Shown here in pieces: positions 28,982 to 39,012 of a DNA stretch of 39,012 nucleotides. The notes under the pieces are model-generated. The model was given only the letters and a program-made list of their open reading frames with translations, was not told the origin of the DNA and did no database searches. The translations under genes were made by a program, and so were the position numbers. Location of the stretch: the NCBI GenBank assembly GCA_051439605.1, contig JBFRWN010000061.1, forward strand, positions 1 through 39,012, given 5' to 3'. The DNA is from Synechococcus sp. Lineage in GTDB: Bacteria; Cyanobacteriota; Cyanobacteriia; Thermostichales; PCC-7336. How positions within the stretch are numbered: position 1 is the stretch's first letter; every line of letters starts with the position of its first letter.

Positions 28982-29501
28982 ATCCGCAAGTCTCGTCCCA
29001 AGAGGACGTACAAAGACGGTTGGCAAGGACTTAAACAAAGCCAGGCAATCGAGGGGCTCTTGAACCTGCCGCTTGGAGTTCTGCACCTGTTGAAAGCTGG
29101 CTACACGCCAAGAAGAGGAACAATAGGGGCTGAACGTTCGCCTACAGCGATACTGTCAGTCACTAGCTCATTGAATTTGACAAATATACACCACAGCCAC
29201 CCTATCACTTCATAATACCGATCAGAGTATAATAATTTTCAAAACAAGTTGTTTTTTAGACGATATAACTGTATTGTTCCGCCGACAATGGTTGCCTTAC
29301 GCTGTTTCTACCTCCTCACTGCAGTAGCTGTGACCCAAGCAACAAATAGGATGGCTGGTTGGTGGGCAAAACTATCGCTGGTGCTATGATGGCCGTCTCA
29401 TCGCTGCGGACATCTCAGCCCTCCAGAATCTTACCTCTGCTGAGTTGGGCGCTAGCTCCGCCGCCATAAAACAGTGAAACCTCATCCTCCAGAGGGCACA
29501 A

Positions 29502-30419
29502 TCAACCGTCGGAGGGGGAGATTACTCTTCCCCCTTGGCGATCGATATTGAGGATGTTGGCGGTGGCTGAGATATCTAGCTGCTCCCAGGCTTTGACCAT
29601 GGCATCGCCGATCGCAGCACGCCGATCGCCGTCGCAGAAGGCAATGAGGGTGGGACCAGAACCGCTGATGGTGACGCCGTAGGCTCCGGCAGCAATGGCA
29701 GCGGTTTGAATGGTTTTACAGCCCGGAATCAATTCGGCTCGGTAGGGCTGGTGCAGGCGATCGTCGAGGGCGGCAACTAGCCAGTCCCTGTTGCCGGTGC
29801 TCAGAGCTCTGAGTAGTAGACCCAAGTGGGCTTGAGTAAAGACGGCATCGGGAAGACTGACAGATGTGGGCAAGATATCGCGAGCTTTTTCCGTCGATAG
29901 CTTGAAATTGGGTACCACTGCCACCACCTTGATGTCGTCGTGCCATTCTATTGGGCAGAAAATCCAGCGACCTTGTCCCCCCAGCACCGATAGCTGGCAG
30001 CCCCCCTGCAGGGAGGGAACCACATTGTCGGGGTGCCCCTCCAGTGCGATCGCCAACTGCAGCAGCGTCTCTGAGGCCAGATTGAGGTCCCCAACGGCAT
30101 TGGCCCCCAGCAGCCCTCCCACAATAGCGGTGGCGGAGCTGCCCAGCCCCCGCGACATCGGCACGTTTAGTTCGATTTCAATATTGATGCCGGGAATGGG
30201 GCGATCGAGGAGTTCGAAGGCACGGGCAAAGGCGCGGTAAACAAGATTGTCCTTACCAAAAGACAAATCCTCTTGGCCGCGCACGATAATGCTGACATCA
30301 TCGCTGTTGTTGGCGCTAAACCAAAAGTGGTTGTACAGGTCTAATGCTGCCCCCAGACAATCAAATCCCGGCCCGAGGTTCGCGGTGGTGGCGGGAACAA
30401 TGACTTCAATCGCAGTCAT
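29502..30419 (-). CDS. thrB: Homoserine kinase
   Basis: PATTANLGPGFD, PMSRGLGSSA, EGHPDN, DRLHQPYR and ISGSGPT. Confidence 0.96.
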   Translation of the reverse strand: MTAIEVIVPATTANLGPGFDCLGAALDLYNHFWFSANNSDDVSIIVRGQEDLSFGKDNLVYRAFARAFELLDRPIPGINIEIELNVPMSRGLGSSATAIVGGLLGANAVGDLNLASETLLQLAIALEGHPDNVVPSLQGGCQLSVLGGQGRWIFCPIEWHDDIKVVAVVPNFKLSTEKARDILPTSVSLPDAVFTQAHLGLLLRALSTGNRDWLVAALDDRLHQPYRAELIPGCKTIQTAAIAAGAYGVTISGSGPTLIAFCDGDRRAAIGDAMVKAWEQLDISATANILNIDRQGGRVISPSDG

Positions 30420-30567
30420 GACAGTGGAAAGCCCCAATTTGGTTCAAATGGACGAGCGGCTACTAGTCCGCGTATCGGTATTATCTGCCAGGCTAGCGTG
30501 AGACGGTACCAGCAGTTCTTCCAATCATTTTCTTGCTAGCAGACTGAATTGAGGGAGTTAGGGGATA

Positions 30568-31092
30568 ATGTTACGGAATTTTACGCTGCGCTCTGTCATG
30601 ACTCTCTCCCCCTCTTCCCCTGCTCCGCGACCTCTTTGGCGGGTCATTCTGTTGTCGCTGGTGTCGGGATTGCTGTATTACGGCTGGTACAAGTGGATAA
30701 TTCAGGAGGAGCTGCGCAGCTACAACGGGGGGGGCTGGTCTGGAAATCTCTGCCTTTTGCCGTTTGTGTTGGGGGTGACGGTGCCGCCATTGCTGGCCAT
30801 GTTCGATCCGGATGTACCGCAGTGGTTTGGCTATTTATCTGTCTTGGGAGTGCTGTGGATCTATATCGTTCAGTTCCGCCTCTACCGTGATGTGAATGCT
30901 TTGTATCGCGAAGAGGGTTTGCCGGAGCCATTGGTTGTCTGGTGGCTGGTGATTCCTGGCCTCAATCTTGTTGTTGGATTGCGACAGATTCACTTTTTGA
31001 GCAAGTTCTGGGAGCGTAAGACGGGGAAACTGGCGGCGGACCCTGTGGTAAAGAAGATTCCCTTTGTGTTTGATTACCCCGAAACTGTCTGA
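30568..31092 (+). CDS. Hypothetical membrane protein
   Basis: About four hydrophobic segments; LLSLVSGLLYYGWYKW pattern; ends 2 nt before the helicase start. Confidence 0.75.
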   Translation: MLRNFTLRSVMTLSPSSPAPRPLWRVILLSLVSGLLYYGWYKWIIQEELRSYNGGGWSGNLCLLPFVLGVTVPPLLAMFDPDVPQWFGYLSVLGVLWIYIVQFRLYRDVNALYREEGLPEPLVVWWLVIPGLNLVVGLRQIHFLSKFWERKTGKLAADPVVKKIPFVFDYPETV

Positions 31093-31094
31093 CT

Positions 31095-32825
31095 GTGGCG
31101 ATTAGGCTCCGTCCCTACCAAAAACTCGCGATCGCATCTGTCGAGGCCAGTTGGGAACGGTGCGATCGCAGTTTGGTGCAAATGGCGACGGGGGCGGGCA
31201 AGACGGTGGTATTTGCCCAATTATTAAAAAGGCGGTTGCGGGGAACGACCAAGCAGGGGTTTGTATTGGTGCATCGCCAAGAGCTGTTGCAGCAGGCGGT
31301 GGATAAGATTCGCCAGGTGTGGCCCAAGGCCAAGATGGGAGTAGTGCATCGGCAGCGGGAGGAGCTGGATAAGCAGGTGGTGGTGGCGAGTATTCCGTCG
31401 CTGTACCGAAGACTTGAGAAAATTGACCCCGCCACGATCGCGTTAGTGGTCGTGGATGAGGCCCACCACGCTCCAGCGCGCAGCTGGCAGACAACCATTA
31501 ATGCGCTGACGGCGGCGGGGGCCAAGTGTTTGGGGGTGACGGCTACCCCGGAGCGGGATAAGTGGGTGGGGCTGGGGGAAGTATTTGAGGAATTGTGTTT
31601 TACGCGATCGCTCCCAGACTTAATTCCCGAATATTTGTGCGACCTGCGAGCGGTGCGGCTTGACACCGAATTGGAATTAGATAGTGTTCGCATCCGCCAA
31701 GGAGACTTTGCGGTGGGGGAGCTGGATAAGGCGGTGAATACCGACGCCCGCAACCAGCTAATTGTGGAGGGGTGGATGCGCTACGCTCAGGGACGGGGGT
31801 CGGTGGCCTATTGCGTGTCGGTTCAGCATGCGTTGCAGTTGGCGGAGACCTTCCGCTCGTTTGGCATTCCGGCAGGGACAGTAAGTGGGAAGCAGTCGCG
31901 GCGCGATCGCCAGGCAACCCTCTCTGCTTTCTTATCCGGCGATTTGCAAATATTGACCAATTGTTTGGTGTTGACAGAGGGGTGGGACTGCCCGGGCTTG
32001 CAGTGCGTGATTATGGCTCGGCCCACGCAATCATCGCTGTTGTTTACGCAGATGTTGGGGCGAGGGACTCGGCAGGCGGAGGGGAAAACCGATTGCCTCA
32101 TCATTGACATAGCGGACAATACTCGTCGCCACAAGTTGCAGACCGTTCATTCACTCTTCGGGCTTGCGAGCAGCACCGATTTGCTAAAGGAGTCGGTGTC
32201 GCAACGGGTGCGGGAGAAGGAGCAGGAGGAGATTCTGCGGCGGCAGCGGGAGGCGCGGCTGTTGCAGCGGATGGATGTGGAGATTGTTTCCTTACTGCTA
32301 TCGGCTGAGGCGGATTTACCCAGTCGGTACGAGTGGACGCCGCTGTCGAAGGGCTGTTGGTTTCTCAAGATTCCGGAGCAGGAGCCGAAGTATGGTGGAG
32401 ATTTGCTGCAGATTCAGTACAGCGCGGATGAGGGGGCAAGCCTGATTCGGGTGAGTACATTCAAGTTGGAGGAACTGGCGGCGGCTCCAGCGTTACCGCA
32501 TTTGGTGGCAATAGCGGATGACTGGATTGACAAGCATCTGAGGTTCACGGTGATTTTGCTAGATAAGGCGGCGGATTGGCGAGTGCATCCGGCGTCAGAG
32601 ATGCAGAAGAGTTATATCCGTTGCTTGCTGAGGCGGATTGAGCCTTACGAGCCAGAGCTGTATGGGGAGGTGATGACTCAGCTCAAAGGGCTTGAGTCGG
32701 CGGAGGCGTTGCGGGAGTTTTACCAGCAGCAGGGGGCGATTGTGCCGCCGGAGATTGAGGGGCGGCGGTTGACGAAAGGGTTGGCGAGTCAGTTGATTGC
32801 GTTTTTGAAGGCGAAGGATCGGTAG
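31095..32825 (+). CDS. SF2 DEAD/DEAH-box helicase (ResIII/Irc3-like)
   Basis: LRPYQ, MATGAGKT, VVDEAHH, TATP, LTEGWD and QMLGRGTR. Confidence 0.92.
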   Translation: MAIRLRPYQKLAIASVEASWERCDRSLVQMATGAGKTVVFAQLLKRRLRGTTKQGFVLVHRQELLQQAVDKIRQVWPKAKMGVVHRQREELDKQVVVASIPSLYRRLEKIDPATIALVVVDEAHHAPARSWQTTINALTAAGAKCLGVTATPERDKWVGLGEVFEELCFTRSLPDLIPEYLCDLRAVRLDTELELDSVRIRQGDFAVGELDKAVNTDARNQLIVEGWMRYAQGRGSVAYCVSVQHALQLAETFRSFGIPAGTVSGKQSRRDRQATLSAFLSGDLQILTNCLVLTEGWDCPGLQCVIMARPTQSSLLFTQMLGRGTRQAEGKTDCLIIDIADNTRRHKLQTVHSLFGLASSTDLLKESVSQRVREKEQEEILRRQREARLLQRMDVEIVSLLLSAEADLPSRYEWTPLSKGCWFLKIPEQEPKYGGDLLQIQYSADEGASLIRVSTFKLEELAAAPALPHLVAIADDWIDKHLRFTVILLDKAADWRVHPASEMQKSYIRCLLRRIEPYEPELYGEVMTQLKGLESAEALREFYQQQGAIVPPEIEGRRLTKGLASQLIAFLKAKDR

Positions 32826-32901
32826 CTAGGAACAGCACTAAAATACTTTCAGTAGGTCGGCTGGGCTTGCTGAAATTTTCCTGGAGAGGGGACATTACTT
32901 G

Positions 32902-33168
32902 GACTGAACTGGAGCCATTATCCGCTATCACTTACATGAAAGTGGAGTGCAAAAGGTGGTCAAGCAAGCGGTTTGCAATGCTGGATGGCCAAAGCGGGTA
33001 GGCTGCCACACGTTTCGTCACAGCTTTGCGACCCACCTTTCAGAGGGTGGCTAAGATATCCGGACCATTCAAGAGTTGTTAGGTCATAAAGATGTGAAAA
33101 CAACCATGATTTACACCCACGTATTAAATCGGGGTGGGCAAGGAGTACGGAGTCCCCTGGACGGATAA
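32902..33168 (+). pseudogene. intI: Integron integrase C-terminal fragment
   Basis: Manual translation [86 protein letters not shown]. Internal stops at 32905-32907 and 33052-33054; N-terminal portion absent. Confidence 0.9.
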
Positions 33169-33224
33169 ACTCTCCCGAATGCTACTCCTAACGGGCAATA
33201 ACCAATAACCACTGAACTCAAAAC

Positions 33225-35039
33225 CTACTTCGAATCCCCCAGCGACAAAATCGCCATAAATGCAGACTGTGGAACATCCACCGTTCCCACAGACTTCATC
33301 CGCTTCTTCCCTTCTTTTTGCTTCTCTAGCAGCTTGCGCTTACGGGAAACGTCACCGCCGTAGCACTTCGCCAAAACGTTCTTCCGCAAGGCAGGAATCG
33401 TTTCACGTGCAATGATCTTGGAGCCGATCGCCGCTTGGATGGGTACAACAAACTGGTGGCGAGGAATGAGTTCGCGCAGCTTACTAACCAGCTGCTTCCC
33501 GACGTAGTAAGCCTTGTCTACGTGCACGATACCCGAGAGGGCGTCCACGATTTCGCCATTAATTAGAACGTCGAGGCGGGCCAGCTTATCCTCTTTGAAG
33601 CCGTGCAAAGAATAATCCATGCTGGCGTAGCCGCGCGATCGCGATTTGAGCTGATCGAAGAAGTCGGTGACTACCTCCGCCAATGGCAGTTCGTAAACGA
33701 GTGTGGTGCGTCCCTGAGCCAAATAGCGCATGTCTTTAAACGTACCGCGCCGCGTTTCGCACAGCTCCATCATCGCCCCCACAAACTCTTCGGGGATGAT
33801 GATTTCCACTTTGACAATCGGCTCTTCGATCTTGAGGCGCTCGTTCGGAGGGGGAAGTTGCGTGGGGTTGTCAATTTCCACTACCGACCCGTTGTTGAGG
33901 GTGACTCGATAGATAACAGACGGAGCAGTGACAATTAGGTCTAGATCGTATTCCCTCTCCAGACGCTCCTGCACAATTTCCATGTGCAGCAAGCCCAAAA
34001 ATCCGCAGCGGAAACCAAAGCCCATCGCACTCGAAGTTTCTGGCTCGAACTGCAGGGCAGCATCGTTTAACTTCAACTTATCCAGCGCATCCCGCAGTTC
34101 TGGGAACTGATCGGTGGCGGTGGGGAACAGTCCGCAGAATACCATCGGTTTGGCTTCGACATAGCCCGGCAGCGGTTCGGGGGCTTTGGCATTGGCCAGC
34201 GTAATCGTGTCGCCAACGCGAGCATCTTCAACCGACTTGATGGCCGCACTGATATAGCCCACCTCTCCGGCATGCAGGCTGTCTACGTCCGTTTGGGCAG
34301 GGGTAAGGACCCCCAATTCGTCTAGCTCGAAAGAGCGATTGGAGGCCATGAAATGGACTTTTTCTTTGGCATTGAGGGTGCCTGCCATGACCCGGAAATA
34401 GGCGATCGCCCCGCGATAGGGGTCGTAGTAGCTGTCGAAAATCAGCGCCTGCAATGGCTCATCGACGGTATCTTTCGGAGGCGGAATGCGTTTGACAATC
34501 GCCTCCAAAATCTCGTCGATGCCAATGCCTTCTTTAGCAGAGGCAAAAATAGCATCGGAGCAGTCCAATCCAACAATTTCTTCGATTTCCCCAATCACGC
34601 GATCGGGGTCAGCTCCGGGCAAATCAATCTTGTTCAGAACCGGAATAATTTCTAGGTCGTTCTCGATCGCCAGGTAAACGTTTGCGAGGGTCTGAGCTTC
34701 CACCCCCTGAGAGGCATCCACAACCAGCAATGCTCCTTCGCAGGCGGCCAGCGATCGCGAAACTTCGTAGCTGAAGTCAACGTGACCGGGGGTATCGATC
34801 AGGTTGAGAACGTAATCTTCGCCATCTTTAGCTCTGTAATTGAGGCGAGCAGCCTGCAATTTAATCGTAATTCCCCGCTCCCGCTCGATATCCATGGTGT
34901 CGAGGAACTGTGCCTTCATCTCGCGCTCGGAAATCGCCCCAGTTGTCAGCAACAGGCGATCTGCCAGGGTGGATTTCCCATGGTCGATGTGGGCGATGAT
35001 GGAAAAATTTCGAATGCGGGAGACAGGGACGTCGGTCAT
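33225..35039 (-). CDS. lepA: Translation elongation factor 4
   Basis: [31 protein letters not shown] and [25 protein letters not shown]. Confidence 0.98.
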   Translation of the reverse strand: MTDVPVSRIRNFSIIAHIDHGKSTLADRLLLTTGAISEREMKAQFLDTMDIERERGITIKLQAARLNYRAKDGEDYVLNLIDTPGHVDFSYEVSRSLAACEGALLVVDASQGVEAQTLANVYLAIENDLEIIPVLNKIDLPGADPDRVIGEIEEIVGLDCSDAIFASAKEGIGIDEILEAIVKRIPPPKDTVDEPLQALIFDSYYDPYRGAIAYFRVMAGTLNAKEKVHFMASNRSFELDELGVLTPAQTDVDSLHAGEVGYISAAIKSVEDARVGDTITLANAKAPEPLPGYVEAKPMVFCGLFPTATDQFPELRDALDKLKLNDAALQFEPETSSAMGFGFRCGFLGLLHMEIVQERLEREYDLDLIVTAPSVIYRVTLNNGSVVEIDNPTQLPPPNERLKIEEPIVKVEIIIPEEFVGAMMELCETRRGTFKDMRYLAQGRTTLVYELPLAEVVTDFFDQLKSRSRGYASMDYSLHGFKEDKLARLDVLINGEIVDALSGIVHVDKAYYVGKQLVSKLRELIPRHQFVVPIQAAIGSKIIARETIPALRKNVLAKCYGGDVSRKRKLLEKQKEGKKRMKSVGTVDVPQSAFMAILSLGDSK

Positions 35040-35283
35040 AAAACTGCCGCGTAACGTTCGTCAAAAGTTCTTCACAATCCTAACGCCTTTAGCCGATTCG
35101 TTTCCGATTGAGAGGAGGGAACTCATCTCTGAGGTAGAGCGACTTCATTGAATTATCTCGACCGATATTCGATTTGCGTCGGACTGTTTCTAGCATTCCC
35201 GCTAACGCTCCGAGTCGTACTGAAGAACCCAATCTGAATCTCTTCAAGTAGGGCTACACACAGGGCTCAACTGACCCAACCAG

Positions 35284-35700
35284 CTACTCTGCCGCTTGAA
35301 GTTTGGCAATTTCCTGCTGAACCAATTGGCGGTTTCTGGCATAAGACTCAAGCCGCTGTTGGGCTCCGTCTCGATTGTCACTACACTCTCGCACCCGAGC
35401 CAAATGGGTTAGGGCTGATTCCCATAGGAGATCGGCCTGCTGCCACTGGATTAACGCTTCGGTCTGATTAAGATTGGGAGCCTGTTTACCGATCGCCACC
35501 GCTTGGGTCGCCTGTTCGAGGGCGCGGCGATAGCTGGCATCGTTACAGGGGTCGGTTGCAAACCCTACGGCAACCCCTGAGAGGATTCCGGCGACCAACC
35601 CAATCGCCATTGGAGCAAGATTTTCGTAAACCAAGAGACCTTCACCAACGCATAGCCTGGTTTCACCACCATAATGGCTGTTTTTAGAGAGGGAATGCAT
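35284..35700 (-). CDS. Hypothetical protein (TM/signal segment plus helical domain)
   Basis: Hydrophobic MAIGLVAGILSGVAVGFA followed by helical Q/A-rich sequence (WQQA...WESA). Start uncertain. Confidence 0.55.
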   Translation of the reverse strand: MHSLSKNSHYGGETRLCVGEGLLVYENLAPMAIGLVAGILSGVAVGFATDPCNDASYRRALEQATQAVAIGKQAPNLNQTEALIQWQQADLLWESALTHLARVRECSDNRDGAQQRLESYARNRQLVQQEIAKLQAAE

Positions 35701-35759
35701 GGTGACTGGGGTAAGCCCACTTCAGCCACGTAGGGAGGCGACGACCCGGACTAACCGTA

Positions 35760-36602
35760 CTACTTCTCAGTAACCGGCTGAATCGACAACGGGGTTGTGG
35801 GACCGGTCATCGACCATCCATTGGCTGCAGCGATGTCGTACAGGCGATCGATGCGATCTTGGGTCAGAGGGTGGCTGGAGAAATATGCCGTCGAGCGGTT
35901 GTCCTCCCCCGATTCCAAAATGGATTCAAAAAATTCTAAACTACCGCCTCCGTGTCCGTATCGCTCAACCACATGGGCCAGTGCAAATTCGTCAGCCGCT
36001 AATTCTTGGGCACGTCCGTAATGCAGGGCCGCCAGTTCCCCCGTGACCGATACAACGTTGCTGCTGTTTCCAGAATTTAGGCCCAACGCAGTGGTCAATG
36101 TGACGAAAACTAGCGATCGCCCCAACCGCTCTAAAGGATCGCGATGCTCGAAATGGCCCAGTTCGTGGGCTAAGACAAACATGTAAGCATTTTCGGAAGT
36201 GACCGTGTCGAATAACCCTTCCGACACCACCATATGGCCCCCGGGAAATACGCCAGCATTGGGGATCTCAGAGTCGATGAAACTCAAGCTGATGGGAACC
36301 TGATCGGAGATTTCAGGATTGCGAAGAGAATTCACTAGATCCAGGGAATATCGCAATCGCGGATCTTGGGAGTCTTCTGCAAGCAATAATTCAGCGGGCA
36401 GAATCTGACGGGCGATCGCCACTTCAGTTTCAGGGCTAATGCGCCGCACAAGAATATCTGCCACCCAACCGAGCAAAAAGTAGGCGACGACTGTCACTCC
36501 CCCAACCACAAGTAATAGGTAGGCAAAGTTCGCCAGCGGATGCACCGACGTTACGTTGACTTCTTGAGTAATCGGTTTCGGGACGAACTTGACGGGTTCC
36601 AA
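35760..36602 (-). CDS. M48 family zinc metallopeptidase
   Basis: N-terminal TM helix, PNAGVFPGG, AHELGH (HExxH), QELAAD and SSHP. Confidence 0.9.
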   Translation of the reverse strand: MEPVKFVPKPITQEVNVTSVHPLANFAYLLLVVGGVTVVAYFLLGWVADILVRRISPETEVAIARQILPAELLLAEDSQDPRLRYSLDLVNSLRNPEISDQVPISLSFIDSEIPNAGVFPGGHMVVSEGLFDTVTSENAYMFVLAHELGHFEHRDPLERLGRSLVFVTLTTALGLNSGNSSNVVSVTGELAALHYGRAQELAADEFALAHVVERYGHGGGSLEFFESILESGEDNRSTAYFSSHPLTQDRIDRLYDIAAANGWSMTGPTTPLSIQPVTEK

Positions 36603-36630
36603 AATGCTCGGACCAGGTGGACAGATCGAA

Positions 36631-37095
36631 CTACCCCCTTGGCAAGCTGCGCTCTTTCAGCGCAGTGCAATAGGCGGCAACTTCAATAGCAATAATGCCC
36701 TGCTGGCTAGATTTACTGCCCACATCGGCAGTTTCTAACCGTACGTTTGCTATCTGAGTTCCCCCCCAGGCAATGGCCTGTTCCTTCATGCGCAGGATCG
36801 CCTCTCTGCGTCCGCGATCGAGCACTGATTCGTAGACGGTGACGCGACCCCCGACCAGGTTGCGCAGACCCGCCACGATGATTTTGAAGTAGTCAGCGCA
36901 CACCACAACGCTGCCCACAAACATGGCGGCTTCTACATTGTCAGGCAAAGGCTGTTTAGCACCATACGTCACCATAGGAACGTGCAGGGTTTTAGCTTCC
37001 CGCTCTCGAATGTGGGCAAAGCTTTTTCGTTCGATATAGCTGCCGACGAAATATCCCACAGACAGCAGGATGATAAACGCAATCAGGACGTCCAT
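36631..37095 (-). CDS. YbjQ family protein with N-terminal membrane anchor
   Basis: GSVVVCADYFK...LRNLVGGRVTVYE...RREAILRMKEQA...NVRLET. Confidence 0.85.
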   Translation of the reverse strand: MDVLIAFIILLSVGYFVGSYIERKSFAHIREREAKTLHVPMVTYGAKQPLPDNVEAAMFVGSVVVCADYFKIIVAGLRNLVGGRVTVYESVLDRGRREAILRMKEQAIAWGGTQIANVRLETADVGSKSSQQGIIAIEVAAYCTALKERSLPRG

Positions 37096-37097
37096 AA

Positions 37098-37412
37098 CTA
37101 TTGCACCTTGACAGCTGTGCCGTAGACGTACAGTTCTGCTGCACCTGCGGTAATGGAGGAGGTGGCAAACCGGATATTGACTACGGCATTGGCCCCCACC
37201 TGCTGCGCTTGGGTAATCATTCTATCTGTGGCCTCTTGGCGAGACTCTTGCAACAGTTCTGTGTAGGCCCTCAGCTCTCCACCCACAAGATTTTTTAACC
37301 CTGCGAGAAAGTCTTTACCCACGTTCTTGGCCCGGACTGAGTTTCCTTGGACCAAGCCGTAGTGCTCCACAACTTGCCTTCCGGGAACTCCCTCAAGAGT
37401 GGTTAAAATCAC
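37098..37412 (-). CDS. YbjQ (UPF0145) family protein
   Basis: GLVQGNSVRAKNVGKDFLAGLKNLVGGELRAY...GANAVVNIRF...YGTAV; GTG start after AGGAG. Confidence 0.92.
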   Translation of the reverse strand: MILTTLEGVPGRQVVEHYGLVQGNSVRAKNVGKDFLAGLKNLVGGELRAYTELLQESRQEATDRMITQAQQVGANAVVNIRFATSSITAGAAELYVYGTAVKVQ

Positions 37413-37714
37413 GAACTCCTCCTTGTTGTTGACGGCAAATTTGTGCTCAGCAATGTCGATCTCGTGAAGCTTCATTCCAGAGCAGGTTTCATCGGCGATC
37501 GCCCGTTTGGCTGCACATCATCGACCGATTAAAACCGCCAAGTTTGCCGGATCACCAGGATTCTACCCAGCCCAAATTCCCTGCGCTCGTGTTCCAACAA
37601 ATCTTTCTATACAGCAACATAGTCATTGTGGACAATTTCGTTGCCTAACTCTAGGGAAATAGGCACAAAGAGATGAAATCCCTCTGTGGCATAGTGAAAA
37701 CTTTGGTCCGATCG

Positions 37715-38611
37715 TCAGAGCACAAAGCCAATACCCAACAACACCCCACTTACAAAATGAAACGTTACAGCAATAAATTTTGAATGACTAATATCGGTAG
37801 GACTGCTGTGGTAGCGATTCATAAGACGAGTGAGCTGCAGTGCAGTCGGCAGGCTGGCACAAGCGAGTAATGTCCCCCAAGGCAGCAACCGACAGAGAAC
37901 AAAGACCGTGAGTAAGCAAAAAAAAGCCATTACAGACCCTGTCACCAGCATGGCTCCCGTGGCTGTTCCCAAGCGCACGATCGGCGAACGCTTCCCCGCT
38001 GCCAAGTCATCTGTGACCTGATGAAAGTGAGAGCAGAAGAGAATGAGCGTGGTGCTGAGACCCACGAGAACAGAAGCAGCCAAACCGGAACCAGACCAGG
38101 TATGAGCCTGACTATAATAAGCAGCTCCCACCGCCAGCGGCCCAAACGTAATCCAGCAGATGGGTTCCCCTAATCCCAGATACCCCAACCGAAAAGGTGG
38201 ACCTTGGTAGGTGTACCCCAAAAAACAAGCGATCGCGATGATGGCCACCACCGTCCAGTCCCGCTGCCACCAAGAAATGGCTGCAATACCCACTACCCCC
38301 AACCCGAGCAGTAAGTTCGCGATCGCAAACACTGCTGGGGCATTCCCGGTTAGGTTGACCACCGAGTGAGCCTTGTTTCTATCAATGCCGGTGGCGGAAT
38401 CAAACACGTCGTTGGTCAAGTTCAACCAGGCCAAGATGGCGATCGCTGCCCCCAAAAATGTCAAGAAAATATCCCACTGCATAACACCGGTATCGGACCA
38501 GGCGATCGCACTACCCACCCAGATTGGAATCACTGCAACGCTGTACATGGGGGGTTTGATTGCTGCTAGCCACAGTTTGCGACGGGATGTCATCGGTTGG
38601 GTGGATGTCAT
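37715..38611 (-). CDS. menA: 2-carboxy-1,4-naphthoquinone phytyltransferase (phylloquinone synthesis)
   Basis: LWLAAIKPPMYSVA, NLTNDVFDSATGID, YQGPPFRLGY and DDLAAGKRSPIVRLG. Confidence 0.93.
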   Translation of the reverse strand: MTSTQPMTSRRKLWLAAIKPPMYSVAVIPIWVGSAIAWSDTGVMQWDIFLTFLGAAIAILAWLNLTNDVFDSATGIDRNKAHSVVNLTGNAPAVFAIANLLLGLGVVGIAAISWWQRDWTVVAIIAIACFLGYTYQGPPFRLGYLGLGEPICWITFGPLAVGAAYYSQAHTWSGSGLAASVLVGLSTTLILFCSHFHQVTDDLAAGKRSPIVRLGTATGAMLVTGSVMAFFCLLTVFVLCRLLPWGTLLACASLPTALQLTRLMNRYHSSPTDISHSKFIAVTFHFVSGVLLGIGFVL

Positions 38612-38885
38612 ACAGACTTTGAAGCTTAGGAGTTTGAATGATGTATATTGTCTCATCGCTCAACCTCTGCAAAGCCCTGCTTTTACCAATATCAGCCCCG
38701 TTTAGAGCATGACCAGTCATTCCTAAAGCTGGATCGAGCGACCAAGTTCTCTCGCACGCCATACTAGAGAGAGCCAAAGTGCTAAATTTGCCCTCTATAA
38801 TAAGAGCGTTCGCAAACTATCTTTACAATTGCGCTAATCATAATTGACTAGTTTGCATGCCATTGTCCTTTAGGAGGTTTCTCCC

Positions 38886-39012
38886 ATGACCATCGCAATG
38901 GGTCGCAGCCAAGCGAGCCGCGGCTGGTTCGACATCATGGACGACTGGCTCAAGCGGGACCGCTTCGTATTCGTAGGTTGGTCCGGCCTGCTGTTGTTCC
39001 CCTGTGCGTTCC
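38886..39012 (+). CDS. psbD: Photosystem II D2 protein, 5' part (truncated by window)
   Basis: [48 protein letters not shown] ribosome-binding site at 38872-38877. Confidence 0.97.
   Translation, partial: MTIAMGRSQASRGWFDIMDDWLKRDRFVFVGWSGLLLFPCAF

Larger units (their letters stand above)
1..39012. repeat. HIP1 octamer (GCGATCGC) dispersed throughout the window
   Basis: Many copies, e.g. 2613-2620, 3957-3964, 8318-8325, 14861-14868. HIP1 is a hallmark of cyanobacterial genomes. Confidence 0.9.

Noticed and set aside
29087..29501. Small ORFs or sRNA between the kinase and thrB
   Set aside because: Only short frames without a ribosome-binding site or motifs, and no convincing structure.
23977..33168. 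Prophage (RNR, dUTPase, helicase, recombinase)
   Set aside because: No structural, terminase or lysis genes; interspersed with yggT and thrB; the recombinase is an IntI fragment.
33186..33217. CAATAAC heptamer duplication after intI
   Set aside because: Only two copies; too short to call a tandem repeat or att site.
1729..38777. Numerous 60-200 aa ORFs overlapping assigned genes
   Set aside because: Antisense or alternate-frame shadows of well-supported genes, with no motifs of their own.

Overview
Chromosomal segment of a cyanobacterium (frequent HIP1 GCGATCGC octamers; chlG, menA, psbD and a psaM-like gene). Most of it is housekeeping: a BMP-type nucleoside ABC transporter, ubiD, minCDE, dprA, tatA, tpiA, trpD, chlG, dut, class II RNR nrdJ, yggT, thrB, an SF2 helicase, lepA, a ybjQ-ybjQ-M48 cluster, menA and the 5' end of psbD. 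Several elements are absent from the supplied ORF track and were found by manual translation or folding: (i) a decayed integron-integrase (IntI) C-terminal fragment at 32902-33168; (ii) an attC-like half site directly after a SAM-methyltransferase gene (19517-19596), which has an ISAs1 transposase fragment upstream; (iii) a 32-aa PsaM-like gene with an unusual mid-helix His; (iv) a degenerate hairpin array before the ABC operon. Also notable are an AT-rich orphan TIR-domain gene, an alpha/beta hydrolase lacking its catalytic Ser and His, and an FHA plus GAF-GGDEF-EAL pair. I found no complete novel system; the best lead is a dispersed, decayed integron. All family calls come from motif recognition, not database searches.
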